This document shows positions 34,945 through 47,600 of a stretch of 64,000 bases of DNA, piece after piece. The stretch lies in assembly GCF_037042905.1 (NCBI RefSeq), contig NC_087245.1, positions 9,860,001-9,924,000 on the forward strand. Direction: 5' to 3'. The notes beneath the pieces were generated by a model. It saw only the letters and a list, made by a program, of their open reading frames with translations, ran no database searches and was not told the origin of the DNA. The stretch's first letter is position 1. The number at the start of each line of letters is the position of its first letter. The position numbers and the translations under genes were made by a program. This DNA comes from Lytechinus pictus. Its lineage: Eukaryota.

Positions 34945-37388
34945 TATATGGTGCACAATGATCTGAGAGTTAGACCTTCTGCTTGAGGACCAAGTGGATA
35001 ACTATACAATAGACTAAACGGGTTTATATTACTGATACTTTGATATTTAATTTTAAAGCTTAAAAAACAGTACTTGGTAATTAATGTATCCTCCAAGAAA
35101 TGCCATCAAACAGACATTCATAGACAAATTTACTTTTCATGTACTAACATCTCCACACACGTAACAACAATTGAGGATTTTTTTAAAGGCAGGATTTCCA
35201 CCTGGGTTCAAAGTCTAAGTTGACACAAATATCCAATTGCCTTGGTACTGGATCTTTCTCAAATAGAGACTTTTTTGATGAATTAAAAAATGTAAATGTC
35301 AACCTGTTAAAGGTTACCCTAGAAAAAGTTGGTTTTGATAAAAAGCAGAAAAAAAGTGCTGGAAGTTTTTGCAGAAATCCAGAAAGAGTGTTAAGTTGTG
35401 GTAATTTGTAAAGTTTGATTTTGATACAAACATATGCAAGCAGCTACAGTATACTATATTGTGAAATATTACTTCCATAAATCTATTTTTTTCAATGGTT
35501 CATGAAAATATTTTTCTCGTAGCAGCATGTATGAATTGTGTCTGGCAATATATTGAACAGGTAAAACTATTTTTAGTTTTCTAAGAAAATGGCATTTTAC
35601 AGAATTTATGTCATACGACATGGAGAAACTGTCCGTATATGACTTCATATAATATAAACTTAAAAGATCCATAACTCTAATTGTCTCTTCATTTGAGACA
35701 GTTACATACAACAGCTCTATCCCACTTTTCTTTCTTCATGTTTTTTACTCAGCGTATAGAAATGCCTCGGCAGTGATATGCGCTATACAAGCACAGTCGT
35801 ATTATATAAAAACGACTTCACAGGTGGGTGAAGTTCCCCTTTAATGTACTGTCTGCTCTACCTTTGATTACATTGTACTAGACACTATAGTGTGGTAACA
35901 AAACAATTTTCAATGGTTTGAAATCATCCTGGTTCTTTTCCTCGTTTTCGAGGGATATAGAATGTATACAGGAACAACTGGATGTTAGCATATATAAGCT
36001 TCATGTGTTGAAGTGTTTTGTCTGTTGGAAAATGAATTTGATATTGCAAAAACAAAAGACCACTTATGTGATTTCCTATTACTCCTATTGATTGATGGTA
36101 CTTGGCCAGGTTACGAACCAAGCAGTGAGTCTGTCATGTGAACAATGAAAAACAGTTTATCATTTGATGTATTAACATTAAAGGCAAAGCTCAAGCTTAG
36201 CACCACTGTTCAATCCCTCTTTTGAAATGATTACCGGTTAATGAATTTTGTCACTGAATTTATGGCGTTTACAATCCTTAATCAAGATTAATTTCAGAAG
36301 TAAGCAAATTTAGCATGGATTCAATGCAACATGTCAGCTAAACATTATAAGAGAAATGTATGATACCTGGGGAGGTATTCAGGGATAACTATCATAAATT
36401 TTGTCATGAATTTTGTCATTTCTTTTCGAGATGAGTGATCGCTATGATTGTCACAAATCGGTATTCTAAAGATTGTCTCTTCTCTGTCATATCTCTTAAA
36501 GTTCCCGCCCATCTTCCCACTGACAAAGGATTTCTAAGAGAGAAAAGAAAAGGAAAGTGTGTATGGCCTCACTACTTGTGGTATGAAAATTATTTTTGAA
36601 AATAGTCATGGAGGATGAGTGAAACATATACAATAATCTGATCTAAACAATAGCATTGTGTGCTCAACATATAGTCATCATGGCATCAGGATATTATCAT
36701 ACTTAAAGAAATCACAAAATTTATGACTGCTAGATCCTGTCATCAATTTTATCATGTCTTTTGCCTGAAATAAATTATGCGATTTTATGAATTCACATAT
36801 TTTTGTGTGCGCTGTGGAGAAGAGACAAAATTTATGACAATTTTGATGACAAAAGTTATGACATCCACCAGAATACCAATCTGTCTTATCTCTAAAAAAA
36901 AGATCAAATATTGAGAAAAGTCAACGTTCAGAATACCGCTCCCATATATGAATATATTAGGCATAAGCCAGGTAAAAAGCAAATTATTGTTTTTAATTCA
37001 TTGCGGTGACTAGCATGTAGCCCCACGGAGGGAGGTGATGTATTTTTTTTCATGAGGTGATCATGGAGCCACACTGAACATTATGAACTATCAAAATCTT
37101 AAATCCAAACAAAACAATGAGAGACTGTAATAATTTAATCATATAATTTTGGATTTTTTCAGGGGGGGATACTTTGCATGGATATATTCAAACATAATTC
37201 TAATTTTAGAAAATATATATATTGCAACTTCAGTTCACTGCAATTTGAAATGGCTAATAATATTCAATTTATTTGTTACTTATGAGCAGCTCTGTGAAAT
37301 ACAGCTAACTCAAGTCAAATCTTTTGAGACCACAAACATTTGTTTTGACTATTATTATGAGAAGAGGACAAAACATGTTGTTAAATTA

Positions 37389-38180
37389 TGCCCTGTTGCA
37401 TAAAAGTTTAATTATGGTAATTTTGCTATCCAATGGTAACTACCATGTGGAGCGTTGTGGCCCAGTGGATTAGTCTTCTGACTTTGAAACAGAGGGTCAT
37501 GGGTTCGATTCCCAGCCATGGCATAATTTCCTTCAGCAAGAAATTTATCCACATTGTGCTGCACTCAACCCAGGTGAGGTGAATGGGTACCCGGCAGGAT
37601 TAATTCCTTGAATGCATGAGCGCTGAAAGGCAGCTCGAGCTAAAGCCGGGGTAATAATAATAATAATGCGCCTCGGAATAGAATATTTCTAGATAGATGG
37701 CACTATATAGATGCCTATTATTATTATTACCATGGTAACGCTGACCACCAACCAATCAAAATCAAGGATTTCATACAAATTGCCATTGGATGGCAAAGTT
37801 ACCATAATGGTAACTTTTATGCAACAAGACCCTGGTGGGTGTTTCATAAAACTGTTCATAAGTTACATGTACGAGCAACTTTAGAAACGACTGGTGATCA
37901 TTTCTTGTGATAAATGATATACACCAAATTTTCAATCATCTTAATTTGGCACCCAAGAAGAGATCACCAGTTGTTCGTAAAGACCCTCGTAACTTACAGC
38001 CATCTTTATGAAACACCCACCTGGGGACCGTAACACAAATATTTGCAATCAAATGCTTAATACCAATGACCCATCAAGATCATTGTTGCATGCACACTCT
38101 GTTTAAAATACTGACTGGGAGCCAATCAGTGCGGTTCTTTCATATTTGCAATTCATCACAAACCTTTGTGTTATAAGACC
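37389..38180. mobile_element. Chain of three abutting palindromic MITEs (about 37389-37831, 37835-38020, 38024-38180)
   Basis: Each has inverted ends; they are separated or terminated by CTG at 37832-37834, 38021-38023 and 38181-38183. Confidence 0.7.
37448..37727 (+). mobile_element. tRNA-derived SINE inserted into a MITE
   Basis: A box TGGCCCAGTGG, anticodon-like arm TCTGA-CTTTGAA-ACAGA, B box GGTTCGATTCCC, central domain, (TAT)n tail, TSD TACCATG (37441-37447, 37728-37734). Confidence 0.88.
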
Positions 38181-38506
38181 CTGGTTTAAAAATTGCTTTG
38201 ACTTATGGAAGGTCGACTTGGGCAAGATTATCTGTAGTGTACATCTGGGTCTTGAAATCAATTCATACAGCTGATTTGATCTTTCAACAGAAGAATACAG
38301 TAAAATGAATATACTAACCTATTTTTTTACAACTATTCCTGATTAAAATATTTTCATACCATTCAATTTGGATTTTGTTTACTCATGTGAATCTGATTTA
38401 TGAAAGATAGTCTATGATCTATAGAATTCATTAGAATACAGTCAAATGTTCACTACACAAAAGACAAATTAAAACAAGATGAAATAATAGAGAGACACTT
38501 AACATA

Positions 38507-38512
38507 TTTATT
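38507..38512 (-). terminator. Candidate polyadenylation signal of the tetraspanin (about 3-kb 3' UTR)
   Basis: AATAAA on the minus strand followed by U/GU-rich sequence; other candidates exist. Confidence 0.4.
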
Positions 38513-41500
38513 AGTAGTCATATAGTGTGAAATTAATTCCTGGAGTATAAATGACCAAATAGTTAAAGAAAATATGTCGCATCTGACATTTTTAAAGGGA
38601 TAGTATGCCCTCCTGATATATATATAATTTGTATTTTTGTATAAAAGTATGATATATAAATCTGAAGAAAATAGATCACATCATTTTGTGAGAATATATA
38701 AAATTTGTTTTTGAGTGATACGTTGTGCAAATTTACCAACTGTTCGATGTTTATTTCAACCCAGACATGTACATCAATTTGGTCAAAATATAACAAGAGA
38801 TAGGGAAGTGAGGTTCACAGCATTACCTTCAAACATAATACATCTTACTATAAAAAAGAAAGACATCTTAGTGACCAAATAAATTCCTTGATTATAACAC
38901 TTCACTTCAATGACAAAAGGGGTCTTTCACATTGGTAAACTGATGTACTTCATATATTCAAATTTCTTCTGGGAAATACATTTTGTATGAGTCTTGGACA
39001 CTGTTGGAGAAACCATGAAATTAAAGTTTTAAATGCATTCTTCAAAAACACATCTTTCTGGACAACACTGACTGAGTTGAAAATGAAATGAAAAATGCAC
39101 TGCCAGGAAACAAACCAGCTTTTGACAGAATTACAATCACGATCATATACCGTACATACGACCAGCTACTGCTTTAATACTCAATGCACACATTACAAAC
39201 AGGTCTACAAATGACTTTCTTTCAATGCACATATTTAGTAATCTACCAATTTCTTTGAAATTCTCTGGTCATCGTGATCAAAACAGTGCAGAAAAGGAAA
39301 CAAGTGTGTTCAGTTGCACTTCAAGACTACAGATAGTTTCACTGTCCTCAATATATATTTCCACATTACAGTACTTGTACATTCTATCCACATCACTTTA
39401 CACGTACATGTATGCAATACACCAACTAATTATGACTAACACTGTAGTTTTGATACGACTTACCATTCACAGAAAATTAACAAAGTTTAGAAACTTCAAT
39501 AACAGAAGTTGGCATAGAATGAGTTGACTTGTACTAGTAGATGGGAAGTATTATGTAAATTGAAGATAGCATTGCTAATGTACATGTAGATCGTAATGGC
39601 ACGATGGCATTTGAAAATGTTTACTGAATGATGTATACATGTAAAATATAAAGAATATCACTGGTTTTGGAGTCTATTTGCATTAATTACTGAAGTAAAT
39701 TGAATGTACATGGAAACAGTGTAAATTACCTATTTAAAGCTAATATATTAATAAATGATGCAATATTTACTGTAGCAGGTACTATGCTAACGTTACGTTT
39801 TAAGGATTAATGAACGATGTGGTTTTGTGAAACAGCACGAAATGATGCTAAATATATGCTGGTATAGAAGGGTGATGTCTCATTTCACAGAAAAGTGCAA
39901 AGTACATGTACATCCACGTACAAGATATAAACCTTTCTTATATGCATGCACATATATTCTTTATTGATTGTGATGACTTGAACATGTTTATGATGCTGTA
40001 TTCCTGTTACAATATTAATCTTAAGTTATCAATATAATACCCCAGACACTGCAGTATACAATGATGAATGATGAATTTGAAACCGATTGAAACCAGGTGC
40101 TACTTTCAATGTATCAACTGTCATATCACACTTGGAGATTGCAACAGATGGTGTACCAACATGGTGTGTATGTATTTGTATACCAGCAGAATATATCCGT
40201 CTATGGTCATAAGATGTATGCATGTAGTTTATACTTCAAAGTACTGTGAGTTTAGTACACATCAGAGAATATTAATTTACATTTAACAATGTTTAAAGAA
40301 GTACTGACGTGAAGAGTACTATACTCTCTTGTTGATTGAGATAATGTGAGACTTTTATAACAAAATTGATATTTCCATGACATTCATGGAAACTAAATTT
40401 GTAACATGCATGCTTCAAGCACAAATGACAAATTCCATGTATTTTACACAATTCTACCAGATTTACAAATGCACAATTATGAAGCTTATCCACTAGAAGA
40501 ATCACATAGCTTTGTAATGTCTAATACATGACATTATTCCCCTTTGATCTTCACAAACATTGGAAAGGGCCTTGTTCATATATCACAAAAAGAAACAATT
40601 AACTTTTACCGCTGATTTGTAATGTTTAGTGCATGATTTCACATAGACTTACAATTACTATTCATGGTATAGTCAATTGTATCTTACATGTACAGAGCCA
40701 AGATTACTACAAGTTATCTAATAGAAATATCTCTCTAGCATCATATGTAACATACATACTGTACAAGACATGACAAACTTGATATCTAGAAGTATTTTAT
40801 AGACATAAAGTGTACAAGAATAAAGAAAAATATGGACCTCGTTGAGATTCTATCAGACATGAAAAATAATTGAATTATAACTTGATTTAAAAAACTAGAA
40901 TGTACATAAAGATTTAACTAATTTCAAACTCGTTTATAAACCTTCTCTTATGAATTACTAAGCATAAACCTTTTCCCCACAGTCCCACACATCCTTGGAA
41001 ACTTCTTTTCCTACATTTCTAACACAATTTACTTTATGTCCAATTTACATAGAATAGTCTTGTAGTGTTCTCTTCCCTTCATTTATTTCACCCAATTATA
41101 AATCAACATTATAAACAAAAATAATCTGAAAATATGTCATTTATACTTTACACTTTCAAAATTCTTAAGTTATTTTCCTTTAAATTATTAGCATAATACA
41201 TACAGTAAACGATGTTCAAGAAAAAAAATCTATCATATCTCTTAACTTATACAAAATGAAAATGATAAAGTTTAATAAATAGATGACAGATCAGGAATAA
41301 ACATTCTAAGCCTTTTTGAGCAGTACTGTATACTTTATAAGCCTTCTTATATGATTAAAAAAAAAATGTTATAGCATGTTAATAATAAGACCAATAAGTT
41401 TTTATGCTAATCTCTCTAAACATCTTAAATTTCTCCCTCTGTTCGACTCAATAATGTAATTTTTATAAGATTGAAGGTTGAGGATGAGATCAAGGAACAA

Positions 41501-41536
41501 AGCCCAAAATAAATCTTTTACGATGCACATCTAACC

Positions 41537-41626
41537 CTAGGTACCTTGATTGGAGCTTTGAACAACCACCACATAGGGACCACTAACATACCTCATCAAA
41601 CAACATGCAAATGCAATTCCAAAGAT
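41537..41626 (-). CDS. Tetraspanin alternative terminal exon 6b (IFGIAFACCLMRYVSGPYVVVVQSSNQGT*)
   Basis: ttttgtttcag acceptor; the first 12 codons encode the same residues as 6a; TAG at 41539-41537. An internal AG|gtatgt donor is also possible. Confidence 0.8.
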   Translation of the reverse strand: MFGIAFACCLMRYVSGPYVVVVQSSNQGT

Positions 41627-44600
41627 CTGAAACAAAATGATAGATATCATCATTACTTTGCTAGTATTAATTATATACACCAATAATCCCAGATCATTCT
41701 TATTTTGTATTTCTTAATGTTTATGACTTATAAAATACTATTAACATGTGAGTTTTCAAAACCAAATGAGATACAAGATTAAGTTATAAAGGTGGAGGAT
41801 GAGATGAATGATTAGCCATCTTAAACCGTCTCATATTCGCCTTTAACAACCCTCATCAAACAGCAAGCAAATGCGATTCCAAAGATCTGTATTAAAATAG
41901 AATGATAGAAACCAAAATATATATAATGATGAATCAGGAAATAAACCATGATTAGTAGTACTATTCCCGTAGTCAACAAGGACCCTTCCCGAACCACTTG
42001 TATTAGTCCATATATATTGTAATGTTCAATATGAGCCCACACTAAAGTTTTCATCACTGGCAGGTTTTTATTCATTATAGCAACAGTGCTTTTCATCTTA
42101 GCAAAACAAAGGATATCATAAATATCATCTGTGGGTAATTTGTTACATCCTTCAGAAAATGGAAGCACGGAGGGTTCTTTCACAGACAACACCTAAAATC
42201 TATTAAGAGAGATCACATAAATTTCAAGAGATTCGATTGGTCTACCTCTTATTCATATTGATATAAAATATGTTAGTGAATAATACAAGGGTCCAATAGA
42301 ATGAAGAAAAATATGACAGATTAAGTATGAAATAATACTTTTTACAAATACAAGTCTGTAAAAAATCCACATCTCAAAACGTATTGCACATACCGGTAAT
42401 CATACTGCAAGGGTAATACTTGAAACTTGGTAACACATCCCCAAAATTAGTTAAATAAATATCACATAATCAATCAAGTGTTTCATTGCCTTTGTCAATG
42501 CTAAGCTGAACATTATACAAACCAACTTTAACATTTAAATTGAACAATGATAATAGAATGGCATATTTTCAAAACAGGATATGTACCCACCTCAATGACA
42601 GCAATGGCAATGGCTACTCCAGCTATAATTCCAATATTGCCAATCAGAAGATCTTTGAGTGCGGGGTAGCAAGCCTGAAATATCAAATAACACATCAGAA
42701 AATAAATTTCCACATCAAATGGATAATCATCCAATAGATGTGTCAGAAAAAAAAAACTTTCAACACTTTCTTGGGGAAAAATACCAAATCAGCAATAATA
42801 GAAAAATAAAAGTACATCTTATCAGCATTTGAATGCTACCTTGATGATATTTCTATGATTTAGCACTACTGAACACCATTGTTTTGAAAATATTTAGCAA
42901 AATTGCATTTGGTTCATTTGCAAAACCAACACAATGGAATTGAATTTAAACAGAAAATTGATTGTATACTAAAGGTTTTCTCAATAAGATTTTTTGTTGT
43001 TCCACATCTGCCCTTTTCAATAGCCTTTATATTCAAATTTGAAATTCTCGACTGATTTTCACATTCAGGTTCTTAATGAATTCATGCACAAATTTATGAA
43101 AACCAGTTTTTTAAGCATGATAAAAAAATTGATGCCATACATGTAGGAATCAAATAACGATTTCTCTCAAAACAAAGAATTCTCACAAAGGTCCCAAGGA
43201 CCATGTTACAATTTCCTAAACCTACTCTAGACGAATTATTAAGACAATACCTAATCCATTCCATAATTAGCTACCCAGACAAAAGCCAAGGACTGAATTT
43301 CAAAATTAAATGTTACATGTAATATCTACAATGAAATAGACACGTATCACATCCACTATATTCATTATTCAACACTTGATAATCTCTTTATCTTGTTGAC
43401 AACTAAATTCTCTGAATTCCTTTTGCTTACAACAGAGACCACTAGGTTCACAAAGAAAACAGGTTAATACTAGACCATATAAAGCTTACTTCTGTGTAGA
43501 TATCAAAGTTAGTTGATCCTGGTACGTTGCAGTTTGAAACAGAAGGTGACTTGCAGCATGATTGGGGAACCATGTTGGGATTCGAAGCGTTATACCCCAA
43601 CCAGTCAGTGTAGTTATCCGATCCACAGCATTCCAACTAATACACATACAACCATCGACACAGGGGGGAAAACAAACCATTCAAATACAAAATGAAGGAG
43701 CTGAAAGGTTTTTATTAGACTTACGTAGACATGTATTTTACGTTCTGCCACAAACGGATCGCGCGACACATCACTGTTACAGCCTTCTAGCATTGTAATA
43801 CAGCATGACATAGGTACCACGTTGTAGCCAGCTGTGTCGTTAAAGCCAAACCATGAAGTATAGTTGAGTGTTCCACAGCACTCCAACTGATGGGTTAGTG
43901 AAAGCAGGTATTTGCAGAGTAGGATGGATGCGAGTATGAGGAGAGTAAATGAGATGCGAGATGTATTATGGGTTAAGAGTGAAAAGCATGAGACTATATG
44001 AGAAAATGTTAGAATTCTGGTTAATTTTCAAGGTTGCAAACCAGACCTTGACACACTATCCTGCACTATCACTGGATCATTAAAAGCTCCAGACATGCGT
44101 GTACATTCAATATTTTTTGTTTTGAAAATTTACCCTCCCTATCAATAAATGCTTTTTTTTTCTTCGCTTGTTTATTTTGTGTCTGATGCTGCATGGTCTT
44201 TCCCAAAAAGTAATTGATGAAAATGCTCAAACATGTATAAATAATGAACATACTGATAAATGTCAAGAAAATCTGTACTCTGATCCCATTCAATGTGTCA
44301 AGCTCTGTATATTCTAAATTATGCAAAATCACACAACAACAATTAGAAAATACATACAAATATTTGGTGATATAAATGAATTACGGAGAGTTTTAGAGAA
44401 AAAAGAGACATGTAGAAAGAAATATACATGATGTGGAGCAAATTTGAAATGTAATTTCTTGAATTTAGAGTAACAAGGGGCAAACTTCTGTATATTATCA
44501 TCTCTGAAGATGTGTAAAAAAATGACATGTACATGTAGTCCAGGAAAAATAACTGATTTTGGGGGTCAACCGCAAACAAATTGCAATATAATTTCTTTTA

Positions 44601-47600
44601 CCACAATGCATTTTCCTGAAGTCCCCAAAATGACATACTAAAAGTCCAGAAAAATCCCAGTAGTGGAAAGACGTCTAATTTGCATAAATCCAAAATGGCC
44701 GCCAAATTTTCAGAAAATTTGAATTTTCGTACATACATTTTGACATGAACATTTAATTGCCACAAAATTAGTGTCATATGAAAGAAAAAAAAATTCCTAT
44801 AATTTGGTACTATTTATAGGGGATAAATAGATAATTTGGCTGAGATTTTTTAGTAGAAAACTGCATTTTTGTCATTTTCCCCAAAAATTGAAAATTTTGG
44901 AAATACATTATTTTATATAAATCTAAGAAAAATGGAGCAATTACCTTGAAATGTTCCAGAAAACTTTAATAATATACTATTATCATGAGGATGCAATTCT
45001 AAATTGGTGTCATTCTTTTAAACAAATTTATAAGGTATCAAAGTTGACTATTCAAATTTCACAAATGTCGCGTTTTGTATGCATTTTCGTACACTAATAT
45101 GTATAACGTATCTAGTGTATACAGTACAGTAGTTAAAGATTGTATGCATTTATATACGCTTTTTAACCACTTAGTTAAGATTAGGCTTTTCTTTATCAGC
45201 TACATAAAAAGGGCTGGCACATTGACGTCTACCCCTCTCAGGCATGTCAGGGGGCTGTCAAAGTCACGCCCTCTGGCTATATCATGTTGTACAGTGTGTA
45301 TCAAAATTAACGCAACCACATTACGTTCCAAATTTGTGAAAAATTTGTTAGCTTTATAGTCCAGGAAAAATGACTGATTTAGGGGGTCAACCTCAAACAA
45401 ATTGCACAAGAATTTTTTTAATGCAATGCATTTCCTTGAAGTCCCCCAAATTTCATACTAAAAGTGTTTTTAAAATCCATGTAGTGGAAAGACGTCTTAT
45501 TTGCATAAATCCAAAATGGCGGCCATCGCAAGAATTTTCAGTAATGATTACAAATAATAGTGCAAACACTTGTCTGATCTAGCACTTTAAAAAAATTATG
45601 ATTAAAGCATTTACCTTTCACCAGTGTTATATCTTACCATAGGCTTCGTCTTAAAATTGGGATGCAAGTCAGATTTGGCCTCTGCTGACCTCTAGAGGTC
45701 AATGACCTTAAGGTCAACGACCTCAAAATATCAGAAAATTGATGTTTTGCATCATTAGCTCATGATAAATATAATAATAATGCAAACAAAATTATCATTC
45801 AATATTGACTTTCAAGGTAACCTGATATTCTAGAAAGAATTTTGTGTATTATAAATGTTGACCTTTGACCCTGGACCACTGGAAAAGGTCAATAACATTA
45901 ACATATTACAATATTGATACTTAGCATCAGTGGTTTATGATAAACAGGCCTCTCGTGAAAAAATTGCAATATAATTTATTTCAGCACAATGCATTTCCAT
46001 GAAGTCTCAAAAATTACATACTAAAAGTCCAAAAAAATCCATGTAGTGGAAAGACATCTAGTTTGTATAAATTCAAAATGGAGGCCATCGTGAGAATTTT
46101 TATTTTTACAAATAATAGTAAAAACACTGGTCTGATCATAGCACTTAAAAAAATAATGATAAAAGCATTTAACTTTCACCAGTGTTATATCTTACCATAG
46201 GCTTCATTTAAAAATTCCAATGCAATTCAGATTTGACCTCTCCTGACCTCTTGAGGACAATGACCTTAAGGCCAATGACTTAAAAGTATTGATGTTTTGC
46301 ATCCAGAGTTCTTGATTAGCATCATGTTATATCAACTTGTGTTTGAAATTTGAGGATCTCTAAAGAAATTTGACCTTAAAATGTAAAAATATTGGTACTC
46401 GGCATCACTGGTTGATATGATAATGTTTTGAGGTAATTGACCTTTCACTTTCCTCAGCAGTCAAATGTTGAGATCTGCAAACTTTACTCAAATAATCAGT
46501 TAAAAATACCAAAACCATATCATCTGTATAGTTGTAAGTTTGTAACGCTAGGGGCACGTTTCATAAAGAGTAACTTTGCCATTATGGCAACTACCATGGC
46601 ATTAGGGTTCAGCAGCCAATCAAAATCAAGGTTACCATGGTAGTTGTCATAATGACAACGTTACAACCTTTGTAACTCTTTATGAAACGGGTCCCATGTC
46701 TGTTTTGGCTAGTACATTCCTGACTGAGGTTAGAGCATTGGGAGGTTTTGAAATGATATCTGAAATGCCTCAATTATTTTTTTGCAGTTATCATCTATGT
46801 ACACTACCCGAGAGACTTGCAAGTTTTCCCATCTAGATTGTAACCTGGTGTAGTTGCTCTTTAGAAGGGAGATGCAGCTTACCACGATGCTGGTTGGCAC
46901 TGCACTTCTCTTCCCGTAACTTGCATAATGGTGACTCTGTCAGAGGTTGGGCAGAATTAAAAATATGTTTCCTAGATTTTAGGCTTTTTCAACTAGTTTG
47001 GCATCATAGATTTGATGGACGCTATGTCTTCGCTGAGAGCTCTGTGGTATAGCTACTGATCTGCGTATATCAGATGGGAAATACCTGACAGGACATACAG
47101 ACTCTTCACATTCTTTGGCTTTAGATAGCCTGTGATAGTCCCACAAGTGTTGTCTAGAGGTAGACGTGTCCAAGACAGCACATGCATACTCTGTAGCAGA
47201 GTATTGGTGGAGGAGTTTGTCAGTTCCGGAGAAGGTTATTATGGATCCTCACTTTCCACCTTCACTCTTAATGTGACTGATAAAGGTTGACACCAAGATA
47301 TATTGCATGGTCGCAGTGCTGGAATGGAATTCAAACCATAGGTTTTTTTTAGTTTCCTCATAGCATGATGATTGTGGGGATGAAACAAGCTAACCTTGGT
47401 CTTTAGGTTTGAAGACTGGACTCAAGCAAGAACACTACCCTGAGAGAGTCGGTTCTTTTGAATTCTTTACCTGCTGGTCTTCCTGTTGAGCTCCATAAAG
47501 AGATGTCTGTTTTATAGTAGAAGTTTGATAAGTTTGGTCAGATGATTATCATCAATGATTTGTATAGTTGTACGAGTAGACCACAGTATCAGATGCAGCT

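Noticed and set aside
37448..37520. tRNA-Gln(TTG) gene
   Set aside because: Acceptor stem does not pair properly, and it continues into a SINE body with tail and TSD.
41537..43886. Second tandem tetraspanin gene
   Set aside because: Only exons 4 and 6 are duplicated, interleaved around a single exon 5; no second copy of exons 1-3 or 5 was found.
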